NCBI GenBank assembly: GCA_965649825.1
Contig: OZ287706.1
Coordinates: forward strand, 434,001-498,000
Source of the DNA: Penicillus capitatus
Taxonomy: Eukaryota > Plantae > Chlorophyta
Reading direction: 5' to 3'
DNA: 64,000 nucleotides
Shown here: in pieces, positions 32,619-46,329 of the stretch
Layout of the letters: each line of letters begins with the position of its first letter
Numbering within the stretch: the stretch's first letter is position 1
Notes under the pieces: generated by a model
The model's database searches: none
Told to the model about the DNA's origin: nothing
What the model saw: the letters and a program-made list of their open reading frames with translations, nothing else
Translations under genes and position numbers: made by a program

Positions 32619-32999
32619 GTAGCGTGAACAGAAATAAGAGGACGTAAACTTGACGCTTAATTTATTTGGCGATCGCACCTAATAATTCATGCAAACTGAA
32701 CATCCACAGCGTTGTCGACTCACACGTTGTGCGATCGACAAATTCTCCCGCTGTGATCAACATTTTAGGCAAATAGAGGCTGATCTGATAGGTTTTGAAA
32801 TTGCTCGAAGAATAGGTTTCAAGAGAAGTCTCGCGATTCTGGTCCCGAACTGTTTTCTGTCGAAACACCGAGCAAAATCGCAAAGTACGAGTAGGAATCG
32901 TGAAAATCATACAGACAACCGGAATGTGTGGTTGAAACTCCGGTAAACTCAGAACAACCGGAATTCGATTTGTGTAGCGAAGTCTTCTGTTCACGCTAC
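32619..32999. mobile_element. MITE-like element (about 380 bp)
   Basis: Perfect 15 bp inverted repeat GTAGCGTGAACAGAA / TTCTGTTCACGCTAC with no ORF inside. May be read as a 12 bp TIR flanked by TA. Confidence 0.55.
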
Positions 33000-35105
33000 G
33001 CGACGGCGGCTAAGGCGACGGGTATGAAAGCAAATCTTTAAAGTTCTGCATTCAGCGGCAAAAAGAATCAAAGGGCAAGAAGACAAAAGTTTTTGTCCGG
33101 GTGGTGACCCTACGTCGGCCCCCGAACTTAGCTCGACGTTGTCCTTTCCCCGCCGTAACCCATCCAACTCGGCGCGGGCTCGCCAGACACAACCGGGTCA
33201 ACTCTGATGGGACGTCCCTCCTCTGTGTCCGGCGCAGGAATCGAACCCCCGCGGTCGTACTTCTCGAACTGGTCCAACTGCACCATCCGCATTCGGGTCG
33301 ATCCCCACGGTCGAGAAGTTGCCGACCCCATCGTATGCCCACCGGTGACGACTTCGCCGACGACTTCTGACGACTTACTTCACTGACCGCTCCTACACTT
33401 GTGACGACTTCGCCGACAACTTTTGACCTACCTTGACGACTCGCTCTTCCTTATTCTTTGCCTTTGCGATGACTTTTGACGATGGACTACTTTGCTCCTA
33501 TGACTACTCTCGACAACGGTCTACCGTGCACTCGAGTTGTTCTTCCTAACGGCTCCTTACAATCTTTTTTCACGTCCGGGCACAGAAGCAAGCGGGTAGT
33601 GCTTTAGACACATATCGCCGAACAACCCTTGTTTGCTGAGAATTTGACCCTCGAACGTAAGAAACCTCTTGATATCCTCCTCGTAAGAAAGCGGGCGGCT
33701 CTATCTGATTTCTCTTTTTGTGCATCGGAGATTTTCGTCCAAATTGCGAAGACAGCTACCAAGTCAACTATGATCTCAAGTGGGTCCATTGCAATTCACA
33801 ACGCATTCCTTAAGGTATGTTGAAAGCTCTTCAGTCTAGATGATAACAATGTGAGTCACCAAAGTCAAACAACCCTTCTAAAGGGAACGGTGCTCTGTTC
33901 GTAGATTCGACCCCTGTTCGCATTCTCACACTTCGAGGCGCGTATGCCATTAACTGTTTTACAGTACAGAAACTACAGACGGTTTCTATTTGCATGCCTT
34001 AAGAGTTCGTCAGAACAGAGAGTTCATCACACAGCCACGAACAAAAAAGTAGAGTTTGCTATCCTTCACTGCTTTAGAGCTTTTGGAGAGACACAAAGAA
34101 AGCGAGCTACTTGGCGAAGATTGATTTCGAAATGTCTGTGACTTCACGTCATCCTTAGTTTCGGCAGAGCGGCAGGTCAGATGTTGGGCGTCGTTTTGTA
34201 TCATTCGTCTTTTACTAAGCTGCATCTGAGCATCCATCTGCTACCGAGAGGCATGCGGACAGAACTTAGGAGAGGGCCGCTGCATGAAAGGGTTCAACAA
34301 CTCTACGTTACTTAGAGGCTGTGTCGTGGACTGGATATCGCCTGATGCGAAACCGAAGGTTTTGAGAAAAAGCACCCCACGATCACACAGATCTGTGTAC
34401 TGTCCATTGGTGACCCCTGTTGTCATGAATAGCCATGCTGAAGGTGCGAGGCAGATTTGCGTGGTAACATCACTGCATGCACGTAATGAGCTGGAATATC
34501 GACCGCTTGCAATACCTAGTCGATCTCATAGCAGATAAGAGGCAGACCTGCAAAGAACATCAACCGTGGTTTGACCCATTGAATCAGAATCGTTCACCCC
34601 GAACAGAATCAAGCCAGCCAGCCAGCCATACACAGATTCTGCAGAGATTAAGATAGGTCAGATGCACGGTCAGGAAAAGAGGTGCCAGTATCTCATCTAT
34701 CAAGGTACCAGACTTGACCGGAAGACACCACCCTGCTCACTCCTTTGAATCTGATTTTACAGATAGATGGACAAAGGAATCTGAGAATTGCGTTCGGGAA
34801 GCGGTTCTCTTGAGGGGATGTGAACGGTTGACTGCATAGCCATTGATTGCCTTGCTTTCACAAAAAAGCGGCAGGCTGAGCTTTTGAAGATAGCCGCCGC
34901 GACTGTTTTGTCTACGAATGCGTTTAGAGGAGATGGCATGACGCTGTCCGCTAGCTGTCACATCCGTCTATTCGGGACGATGCGATTTAGAGGTGTCTCA
35001 GTCCGGCTCGGAATTATTGCGCCGCCTGTGTTCTGTTCCTCTTCCGGTTCCGTGACGAGGCAAAAAAGAGAACTGTGACTTTGACTGATAAACGTCATAC
35101 CAACA

Positions 35106-36787
35106 ATGGACAGCGCGTCTTTCCAGACGTCGAGCAAGAAGGGCGATTCAGGGCTCATGGATGTGGAGGTTATGAAACTCAGAAAACACCAGAAACATCT
35201 GCTTGGCGCTTTGGCCGTTCTTCTGCTCCTGAGTCTCTTCTGCGTCGCCATGGTCATTTGGCTCGCCGTAGAGGTGTCCGAAGACAACGACGACAATGGC
35301 GGCGGCGTCAGAGATGCGTCCAGTGAGAGTGTAATCCCTTCGACGAATCGTGCATCCACGCTGAATGTGTTTATTATCTTGCCCTTAAAGTGATGCGTCA
35401 ACGTGGCATTGGCGATCTAGGCAGAAGATGGACATGTGGTGACCTTGACTTCAACACCAGCCTCTTCGGCCGAAGCCCGGCCATTGCTGGTCGGAACTGG
35501 GTACTGGGCGAGGAGGACGTCTCTTCCCTATCGCCTGTGTAACCACGCTGTACATTTCGTGCTCATGCGATATGGACATCTGACATGGAGTGTCTGTTCT
35601 AGGCAGTGGCTGTCGATGACTTCATTTACATCATTGGCGGCAAAACCGATCAAGGTGATCTGATTGATAACGTAACGATCTATGACACTATCATGGATAC
35701 CTATGAGGATGGACCGGCAATGCCATCTCCACTCTTCAGATTTGCCGCTGCCTATGATGCCGAAAACCGACAGATCTACGTCTTCGGAGGTATGGATGGT
35801 ATGGGTGGTGATGCCATGGATACCGTCTACATACTGAACGTTACTTCCGGGAACTGGACTGAGGGCCCCGAGATGCCGTCCCCTCGTTCGGATCTATGCG
35901 GTGCCTATGTGGATGGTTACGTCTATGCCATCGGTGGTTACAGTACGGGCAAGAATGAGACCCTGGACACAGTGGAAGCGCTGAATATCGAGTCTGGAGA
36001 GTGGGAGAAAATCAAAAGCATGCGAACACCCCGAGGCGATTGCGCTGCGGCCGCGATGGCTGGAGGAGTGATCGTGGTAGGAGGATACTACGACCCTGAG
36101 GGCGAAGGGAATCACGAAGGCTTGCTCGACGAAGTCGAATTCTACTCACCCGTAAGCACTGACTGAGCCACATACCTAATATGCAATCGAGAGAGTATAC
36201 TCTGCAGGATGATGATACCTGGGAAGAGAGAGCTCCGCTGAAGAATGCCGGTGGAGAAAAGGCTGTTATTGTTCTGCCAGGTGAACGTCTCTTGGTCGTC
36301 GGAGGAGAAACACACAACAGAGGTAGATCATCTAGAAAGATAGACATTGGCTTTTCGATGCTGTGTTATCGCAGGTCAGCATAGAGATGTTGCCACGTAT
36401 TATGTCGAAGAGTACAGCATGTCTACAAACACTTGGGTTGATCGTGCTCCTCTGCTGTTCGCCACTTTCAGAACAGCTGGCGCTTATGTGAATGGAGTAG
36501 TCTATGTCTTTGGCGGTGATCCGGTTTGTGGATGCTCTGGACATCACGGGGAAGGAGATCACGAGCACGAACACGAAGAAGATGACGACGAAGATGAGGA
36601 GGGAGAGCACGAGCACGAAGATGAGCATGAGGAGGGAGAGCACGAGCACGAAGATGAGCATGAGGGGCATGCACACGAACACGAAGATGAGCATGAGGGG
36701 CATGTATACGAACACGGACCTTGTGTCGAGTCCAATGTTCTCCAAGTCTATTTCGACACAGCACAACCGAACATATTTATTGCATAA
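35106..36787 (+). CDS. Type II membrane Kelch beta-propeller protein with a His/Glu-rich insertion
   Basis: N-terminal hydrophobic helix LLGALAVLLLLSLFCVAMVIWLAV. About six Kelch repeats (IYIIGG, IYVFGG, VYAIGG, VIVVGG, LLVVGG, VYVFGG with the conserved W). HEHEDEHE tract in the last blade. Confidence 0.88.
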
Positions 36788-39131
36788 CTCATGGGATGCA
36801 TTCGAGTTTTGATGACAAGACATCCGCTGTTCGATATCCATTCTTACTCTAACAAATGAGGAAGGGAGGGGTCTTTTCATCTTTTGCCAATAATTCATCT
36901 CTTAGCTATGATTCGTAAATTGGATCCCCAATCTTATTCAATACAGAACGCACACACAACTGTCTATTTCTATCATCAGCTTATTGCGCCTTATTTTGAG
37001 CCTCTACGCCTCCCGCAAGCGAAATTCGCGGCATCGATGAGACTCTCCTGCGCGTCGAATGCTTTCAAGAGCCACAGCTTCGGGAAGGACAACAGCGGCC
37101 GTTAGACGCCGAGAATGCTCGGGCTCGTGGATAGTGGAACGGGTGCCGCACATGCCTGCAAGGAATGGCGACCTGAATTGGCCGACAAATCGCTAGTGAC
37201 GCTACGGTTCCGAGACCCGCAACTAATAAGGCTCACATGGCGAGAAAAAATAGAAAAAACGAACAAGATATCCAAGCAAAGGAGCACTGTCCAGGGGACA
37301 GCACGCTTCAAGCTCTGTTTCCGTTCTCAATCTACGAAAAGCGATTCGTGCTGCCGTAACGTTGCAGCAAATGGCGAGCTGTGCACAAGAAAAGTTGGCG
37401 ATGCGGAGGAAAACGCACTTCTCCTTAGTCGTCAAGTCTTCGCTTCACGCGAAAGACGCGTAGGAAACCTTGTGCGCGAACGTCGTGTGGGTGCGTCGTA
37501 CTCTCAATTGTCGTCGCTCTACAACGTCTGGCTGGCGATTTCGGCATTCTATGTGCAGTAGGCGTCCCTGTCAGTGACCATCAGGTGTGACGGTTAATGC
37601 AAACATGTTCGCTCTTTGCCTACTGTGGCACAGGCCTGTCCTGTCGGGTTCAAATGACCTAACAAACCAAACGGTAGATTTTGCTGTCTTTCGCACCTCT
37701 GTCGTTGCACACATCATTTGCGTTGAGACATACGCCAAGTCTTGTTTTTACCAAACAACCAAAAAGCATCGTCTCATGGGTTTTCCAACACGAATCGTTC
37801 GTTCCCGATTGCGGATACGATGGAATAACGGGTCTGAAGTACAGATTGTACCAAGGCACACAGCGGAACTGAATCATCCAGCTCTGTTTCGTAGAATACG
37901 GAGCATGAGTTTCCACGTACAAATGAGTTATGGCGGATCGCGTGTTCTCTACACGCCTTTGGACGCCACGTGCCGCGTCATGTTGTCGTGTTATCGCTGA
38001 CACGCGCTAACGAGGAAGGCGTATCGTTTAACAAAGACTGTTGTAACATTCACGAGTTCAGAATTTATACGCGTCAGACGTAAACGTATGTCACATCAAC
38101 GCGTCTCTGTGGCAGCTGCACGAAGGTGGTAAGTGGCTGATATGCGTTATGCACTGCCACTATAATCCCTTTTTAAATGATGATGATGCACGAAGGTGGA
38201 CAGCTGTTCACTGACAATGTTCGCGTCTTTCACAGTTAAGATCCCCACGCCTTCATTTCCCTGCAGGCAGCATCGACAGACGACCGAGAGGAAGATTTGC
38301 GGACGTGAGGCCGAGCGAAAGAAATCCACTCGCCAACGATGAAGTAACCATAGAGTGATTAGTGTGTGTAAGTTCTACGCTGTAAGGCTCCGGCCGGGGC
38401 CGTGCCGACGATGTCCTCCAAAGAAAGAGCGGTCGAGGACTCTCCAGTCCCACTCCTCGAGGGATCGCAGCGACGGCAACATGCCATACGCCAGGTCGTC
38501 ATGCACACAAGAAGCGCGAGAATAGGCAATGGCAACAGATCCGTCGGTGGGCTGAACGGTATAGACGAAGGCTCCTCGCAGAGAGACGCACGCTGTCACA
38601 TCACAAAGTGATCCGCAGTGGCAGGTTCAAACACCAAGTTTCACGGAGCCTTCTTACCGAGACCACTCTATCATTCACCATACCCTCTGCCTCAATTGCA
38701 TGCCGCCGATCTTTTTGAGCAATTCATGGCTCGCGAAGAAGCCGATGACTGTCCGTCTAAGGAATCGCAGTTAACGGCGCCTCAAGGCAAAAGCGTTTTG
38801 CGCGCGGATATCGCTCTTAAACACTCTTAAACGTCTCAGCAAGTTGCTGCTAGTTACTACTGACTTGTCTAGAAAATAGTTCATGAAAGGAAACATGTTT
38901 TTTGAGAGGGTTCATGAGCAAACTTGATCATCGGCTGCTGACTGTCAGCCGTCTTCAGACACCAACCACATAAAAGGGAAACTGCCGTTCCATCAGGTTC
39001 TGGGATCCTGCATCATCTATTCGTCTCGTGGCAAGCCCATTGCACACTCCACACCGGTGGATTCTCTTTAGCTTTATCCCCTCTGCACTATTGCTACATA
39101 GACTCATCATGACTCAAACCATCGTGTTTAG

Positions 39132-42100
39132 CTATTTATGATAACGTCTTCTTGATCTTCGAGAACTTGGATGCTCAGTATTTTCGGATTCGCGTTCACG
39201 TTTCGCCATTCCTCTTGTACGGATGCCATACTGGCCTTCAACTGGAGGCGCTGCATAGGGATTCGATATGGATGATCGTCCCCTATCCAACCCTGCAGAC
39301 AACCATTCATGGGTCTTGGAATTCCTATATATGCGTGATAGACTTCTCAGTTCTTCTTCGGAATCTGGACTCTCAGAAACGTTGTCTGTCAGATGCTCGA
39401 TGCTCAACAAGATGTATCCCTGTAGTGCTTCTGCCTGACAGGCAACAGCAGATGTTGGCTCTGTGAACAGATTGGCGTTGTCCACGATCAACTGGATGTC
39501 TTGCTTGAATCCGTCGACAGAGGTATAGTACGTCGGATTCTGCAAACGTGTTTTCACCAGTTTGAGCGACATGGGTAACGGAACGACGTGATTATAGAAA
39601 AGCGTTCTTGTATCGCGCCGTGTCCGGCCTGGAATCAAAAACGAGGCCTCAGGCGGAAGGGTCTCCCGAAAATGCTCAGCCTCTGGACGATCTTTCGCAT
39701 CGGCGAGTGTTCTGAGCAGCAATCGACGCGCCGTATTGTCAAGACTGTCGTGATGGAGGACGTCCACACGGGAAGGTCCCTGTCCCACCGTTAAGGGTGC
39801 CACCTCCCATGGACTGAAGCATTCAGGATTCGCATCGGCATGATCCGTCCACTGGACAACGTAACGACGATAATGACTGTCACAGCTCCAGACATCTTCC
39901 GTATGGACCTGCAGATTCATATCATCGACGATTTCGCCCTTCCACCACTCGGGGAGATCGCCATAGTAGAAGACTTTGCATTCTTGTCCCGGGATCCATT
40001 CGGCATTCATGCTGTTGACGAAAAGCGTTTGGCTGATGAGAAACTCTTCGTGGCCGAAGGACGGCGGCGGAATGACGATTTCGAAAGTACTGTGATCGCC
40101 ATACCGATCAACATCTGTCAGTTTCAGTGAGACACGAACGACTGTCGGAGCCAAATCGCCGTCACGGAAGATCTCGTAACTGACAGCCGTGACTCGGCAG
40201 GGCTCAGCAAAACGCATTGCTTCGATGAAACCCGAAGGTAGTCGCGTCGCCAGGGCAGGATTCTTTTCGCAGAAGTGCTTGTGCAGAACTCCGAAGAAAA
40301 CGGCGTCGTCGCCAATCTGAGGCACATAGTATCCAAGTGGCCGACGCGATTCCTATAGAGCACTCCATAAACACCCACAGCTTCGAATGGCACTTACTGA
40401 GAGCCATGCATAAGCATGGACATCGCGCCCTTCGGCATAGTTGATTCCGGCATGCTCTGGATCGGGTTCGTGAAGATTCCTGTGCGTCTCCGGCGGCTGT
40501 GAGGACTCAGGAGCTGATACGGTTGGCACAAGATTCGCCGTCTGAGCGGCAGTTTCAGCAGCAGCAGCCCGGCGTGCTGCACGAAGACTTCGCTCAGAAA
40601 CGGCATTTGTGCTTCTCTCTGCCAGCGGTGTGGCCTCAATCGAAGGAGACGCGCAGACCGTGCGGTTCAACCTGCGACGGCGTGTACTGCGTCTAAATCC
40701 CAAACGCCGTCATTCAAGGGCGTCTCAATGGGATGCTCACCTCTCGGGTCGAGGTACACGATGGGGACGGCGGCGTCGACGACGCTGCATTCGAACTGGC
40801 GGTGGCGGTTCGCTATCGGAAGAAGCTGTTTCCACGCCGGAGAAATCAGCCGTATCGATATCTGAGATCAGCCCGTCTGTACCCACCTCTTCTTGGTCTT
40901 CTCCAAGATCCAACGAGTCATCTTCATGCGTCTCGGCGAATTCTTCAATGACAACTTCTGGGTTCTGTCGCGTTGGCATGCGACGTCTGCGAGGAGATGA
41001 ATCTCGACGACCAGCTCGTGTCTGGATGCGTTCACTGCGTCTGCAATAGAACAGATGTCAAGGACAGCAGAATCAGGAGAGAGTACCGTGTGGCTGGAGG
41101 ACTATGTGAATTTGGCTCGACTTCTTCTGGCTCGTACTCACTGCCGTCAGCTTCTTCTTCGCTCTCGGGCTCTGTCTCTGCGATTTCCTCTGCCGCTTCA
41201 GGCGGAAGATAGTCAGCCATGACATCTTGTTCGCCCATCTCTATCATTAACAGTCTTTGACGCATTTGAGCGTTGACAACACGTGTCTCCGTCGCCTGAT
41301 GGCCCAATCCCATTTCATCCGCAAGCCAAGCAGCGGCTGTCATCGTTGCTGGCAAACAGATGAGGGCAGGCGGCACTTCTGCCTGTGCTTCTGGTGACGG
41401 AAGTTGCCATAAGTCCTTTCGGCTGACCAGAATCTCTTGCATCGGTGACTCATATGGTAAACCTGTCACATCAACCATCGTGAACCTGAGCAGCACACAC
41501 AATGGATGCCGACGGAATGGGATCTTTTGGAATACCTTGTTCTGTGAATGTGTTGCGGTTCGCTGCTCTCCGAATCCACTGGATCTCCATTGGTGTCGAT
41601 GATCACATTGTCGTAATCGTATAGAAAGAACTGATCATAAGGCGTTCTGCGAATAATGCCTTCAGATGCATCCAGACCATAAAGGTGGAACTGTCCAGCC
41701 ACATCGGAAACAATAATGCCCATGCCATTCGGATAGAAATGCCCGTCGACAAACTGAAGTGGATCGGCCCAGCGATAACGACCTGGATGCGTGTCCTGAG
41801 ATGACATCCTACATAACACCTATATAAAGAGAATACCGTGCTGATGTGACCCTTACTCGATAATCTTATGCCCATTGAGGATATCCCACACAACAAGCAT
41901 GCCATCGTAACCGGCAGAAAAGCAGAGCTTCGGATCTGTGGGATGGGCATCGAGGACATGGACAGGCGAGTTTGCATGTCCTCCGTAAAGAATGTTCTCC
42001 TCCTCGCCAGTGATGGCATTCCAGACCATGATGACGGAACAGGAGTAGGCTGCCAGGATGTGTCGATCATCACAGGACCATGCAATCTGGTTACACTCTG

Positions 42101-43873
42101 GCGAACGTCTTCGTCTTCTGTTGTTGTAGGAAGGACACGGCAACGGATCGGGGAGCTTCAACGAACAGCAGACGTCCCATTTGTTTGCTTTGTCATCTAA
42201 CGTGCGTCGAATGTTCCGCACCGGCATCCAAATCTGCAGCAGGGAGAGTTCGTTCATCTGATAGTACTTTGCGCGAGCAGGCCATACCTTCACGTCGCCC
42301 TTAGAAGATGCCGTGCACAAAGCGCTTCCGTCGTGATTGAACATAAGCAGCGGGACGAACTCATTGTGTGCTGAGAGCTCGATGGTCTGCGATACATTTG
42401 GCCAGGTCTTCTCTTTTAAGCCGATTCTGTCTTGGGCTGAAAGCACGTCCCAGGACCACAGAAAGCATTTCCCCGATTGCGAACTGACAGCAAAGTGATC
42501 GCCCCGTGGCGAGAAACCACAACATGTCAATGCGCAGTCGACATTATCGGTGTCTGCCGCGAACCGCGCGGCTTGTTGGGCAGCAAGAGCGTCTTTAAGG
42601 GGGATCTCAAAAGCCATGGCATTGTAGAAACGACCAGGCTTGCCAACGGGCTTCAGACGCACCATTTCGATTCCGAGTACGGCGTGCCACAGACGGCAGG
42701 TTCCGTCGAGCGATACGCTGAGCAATGCCGTCTCGACAGTCGGATGGAATGCAATGAACGTCACACCGTTGGTGTGCCCATCCATGGACTTCACGTGCTG
42801 TCCCAAAGTGTCTTCGCGTAGAGACCAGACACGAGTGGTCTTGTCGTTGGAAGAAGAGGCAAAGAGATTTCCACTGCAGTTGATCTTAACGTCGGTAATC
42901 TCCCCGACGTGTCCTCGGCATGTTGCCCGGAGGAGCCCAATCTTGATCTCCCAGATCTTTATGATTCCATCGTCTGCTCCCGTAATGGCGTAGCGTTGCT
43001 TGTTGTCCATCGCGACGCAGTATACGGCCTTTCGATGTCCACGGAGCGTTTTGTTGTGCTGCAGGGCTTTGTACAGATGGGCCGAGATGTTCTCCATCAG
43101 CTGACTGTTGCTGATGGGACGTGTGATGCCATTGCATTCGCGTTGGAGGAGGCGCTGAGTGAAATTGGCATGGCAGGAAGGAGGAGGAACGACAACAGTC
43201 GAAGGCGTCAGCTGCGAGCGCACGCTCGGAATGCTTGAAAGCGACCCCGTCGCTTCAAGAAGTGACACGGCTCCCTACAGGACATCCAGTCAACTGTGCC
43301 ATCCCTTGCAGCGTTTTGCGCGATACGCACCGTGAGCGACGCATTGTGGTCGTCCTTCTGAAGCAAGACGCATTCCTCGACGAGTTCGCGCAGGGCAGAC
43401 GGTGGGACATGTCTGTAGACGCTGCATAGGGCTTCATAGCCACCGACCTCCACAGACGCTACACAAACAAACAAACACACCCTTCAAACCCACCACAGCC
43501 ATAGACAGGCAAATGACAGTCAAACAGTTCGACGGCGGACCAACGGGTCACGATAACGGCATTGGCGTCGGTCGGTCAAAAAACGGATTCTGAGTCGGTT
43601 GGTCGGGCATGGATGAAAAGAGTGAGCGCGGTTGGGTCGCGTACCGAATGAAGGAATGGATGGCAGCAGGCGTCGATCTTGGAGAGTCCTTTGCAGGACA
43701 TCGGCTGCCTCTTGGCACGGACCGGACTTGAGCCAATGCAAAACGAGAAAGTACAGCTCGGAATCTCTGACCTGCACACAACACATAGCGTTGTTCGACG
43801 TTCAGGCAAAGCGTGACGCTATTCGAAGCACAGAAACGACGAGAATGGCTTCGGCGGTTCTTACCTCTGACAT
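39132..43873 (-). CDS. Bromodomain and WD40-repeat protein (PHIP/BRWD family), multi-exon
   Basis: N-terminal ELYFLVLHWLKSGPCQEAADVL. WD40 repeats (LRGHRKAVYC, CRGHVGEITD, GHANSPVHVLDAHP). Bromodomain text YNHVVPLPMSLKLVKTRLQNPTYYTSVDGFKQDIQLIVDNANLF. Confidence 0.9.
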
Positions 43874-46329
43874 GGGGCTGAGAGAACACAGAGTGCGTCA
43901 GTGCGCGTTTCAGCGCTCTAGAGAAGGTCCAACGCGTTCAAGCGTTGAGAAAACGCGTCGCCTAGCGAGACTTGCGTGCACAGGTGTCGCGCGATATAGG
44001 TCGACGGAGGACCTGCACAAACAAACAAAGTCAAATGAGAGACATTCACTTAGAAACGATGACAAAATGAACAGCGAACGAACGCACACGCAAACGCACG
44101 AACATAACGCGCCTGCACGAACGTAACATACATTCCGATTTTGGAGTTGGGCGCGGCGGCGCAAAGGTATAGAAACGCGGATAACGACGCACAGTATTGC
44201 GCAAGAGCATCCTCGGGGTGGTAACGTGACGAACAAAGGCGACAGCAATGTCAGGAGACGACCCACAAACAGCCAGCTCAGGGGAAGTAGTGTGTTATGA
44301 GTGTTCTGCCGGTTCAGCGGTTGGTGATGCGCGATGGCTCGGTGGCGCAGAAGGTGCATCGGTGACGATAGAGCTGTTTCCATGAAGTCGCCCGAAGTGT
44401 CAAACTCCCTTGCACGGCTCCCCATTGTTTGAGGCACTCGAACGCATCGACCGTGTGTTCAAAGCGCGTTTCGGTCAGATGGACGTCAGCGAATCGAAAA
44501 GAAAACGCGATCTCCGAGTCCGCCAGACGCGGATGGCGGAATAGACTGTGTGTTTCCTTTGTTTTTCGGACGTACTTTGTTTTGCGTCGGGTGTTTTTGA
44601 ACGTTGCGTCGGCGTTGCACACGAATGCGAGTATTTCGCGTCCGGTAGGAAAAAGAAGATGAACAGGCGGAGGGCGGAAGCCGCCTTTAATGGCATCTCG
44701 CCGAAACGACAGCTCATTTTGGAAAGATGTCTTCGTCATGGTATTCTCCCTAACCACATGCGGCCACATGCGTCGGCTGATCACATGAGATGCATTTGAG
44801 ATATGGTTCTGCGTAAAAACTCAGAAACACCGAAGGGCTGCCTGCCGCGGCAGATGATAATCCACATGATGGACGGAGGACGCGGCTGTGCACAGAGTGC
44901 GTGCTATAAAAGGATACTCGGCGTCGCATTTAGCGAGGGATTCAGTCAAGAGTGACCTCTTTTACCATCGTTGATGAGAACAGTGCGACTGACGGATGAT
45001 ACAGAAATCGAATGCGCATTGGAAAAGAACGGCACAAACGGCAGATGCCTCATAAGGTAGAGAGCTGTTAAGTTTGAACGCAGCTAATACACTTGTCTTT
45101 GTAGGTTTGCGAAACAATGTGTCTATTGTCGAGGGTATCTTGCAAAGATGCATTCTTAGATCCGTTTTCTGCACAATGCCCTTTGCCTAGTCTAGACAAT
45201 TAAAGACACGATCCTTGTTGTCACGCAAAATCGCTGCGCTTAAGAGACAATTTAGCAGAAAACTTTCAAGCTTACGGAGCAAAGGTATTGATAGGTTCGA
45301 ATCCACATATATACGCGATGTGGCATGACTTCAATAGGCAGGTGAGTCACCCGACTTTAGAGCCAGAGGAATGCGCTTCTACGAAGTCGTAAACCCTTAG
45401 TAAGCGCCTCTTGAAAGACAGGAGCCCGAGAAAACGAGACGGACACGATGTCACAACTATAGAGTCATATATATAAATCCTCGTTTTCATGGCGTTTGAA
45501 TGAACATGTGCCATGCCCAGTCAGGGGAAATAGAAAAAAAAACACCCAACAAGTTCGCGCAGCCAATTGTGTAAAAACCGCCGGAAAAAAACTCTTCGAA
45601 CCAGACCGACATAAGGGCGGGTGGTCTGGACGGGAATAACTTCCGACTGCCTTCGTGCTTAGATGAGTGCTATATTTTCCTCCTACAGCAGGAGTAAGGA
45701 CTTGTTGTCCCGCCCTCAAAAGGAATCTCTCTTCATTGCTTTCGTTTGACGACTCTAGTTCAATGTTGCCTTAATCGTCGACTTAGTTTCATCGCCAGCT
45801 ATCTCCACCTGCACACACAATATCCCTGCACGCCTTCGCTCTGATCGTAGGCCGCCTTCTTCGACGTCGGAGACCCGCTATCCGCTACGGATTGCCAGCG
45901 AACCAAAAAGAGACGGGGTGAGCTGAAGTCGGCCAAGACAACGGGGTCAAAAAGAATCTGCACCACGTCCCATCAGAAAGAAAGATGAACTATTGCTACA
46001 GAGTCATGACAATAGTTAAAGCGTATTCTGACACTTGTAGACAATGGATTTCATTAGAGAAGAGCCGCATCGACTGGCAAAAGATGCGCCTATTCTTCTT
46101 TTGTATTTTGATGAGATCATTGAGACTAGAGTTTTGTCACGCTGGCACGTGGGTGTCACATTCGTCTGTCTCGTTTCTGAGGGTCGTGTCTAAGACTGAC
46201 GTAGACGAGATCGGTCGATCAATTTGATCATTCGGCTTCGGGAGTGACGCACTGAGTAGCGTAGCCGTCTTTTGGAGTGGAGGACTTGACGTGATTGACG
46301 CTTTAGACGGGCATCCGCGTAGAACGAGC

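Noticed and set aside
43900-46300. Several 70-175 aa ORFs in the long gap between BRWD and the inverted repeat
   Set aside because: No recognisable motifs or consistent exon chain; treated as intergenic.
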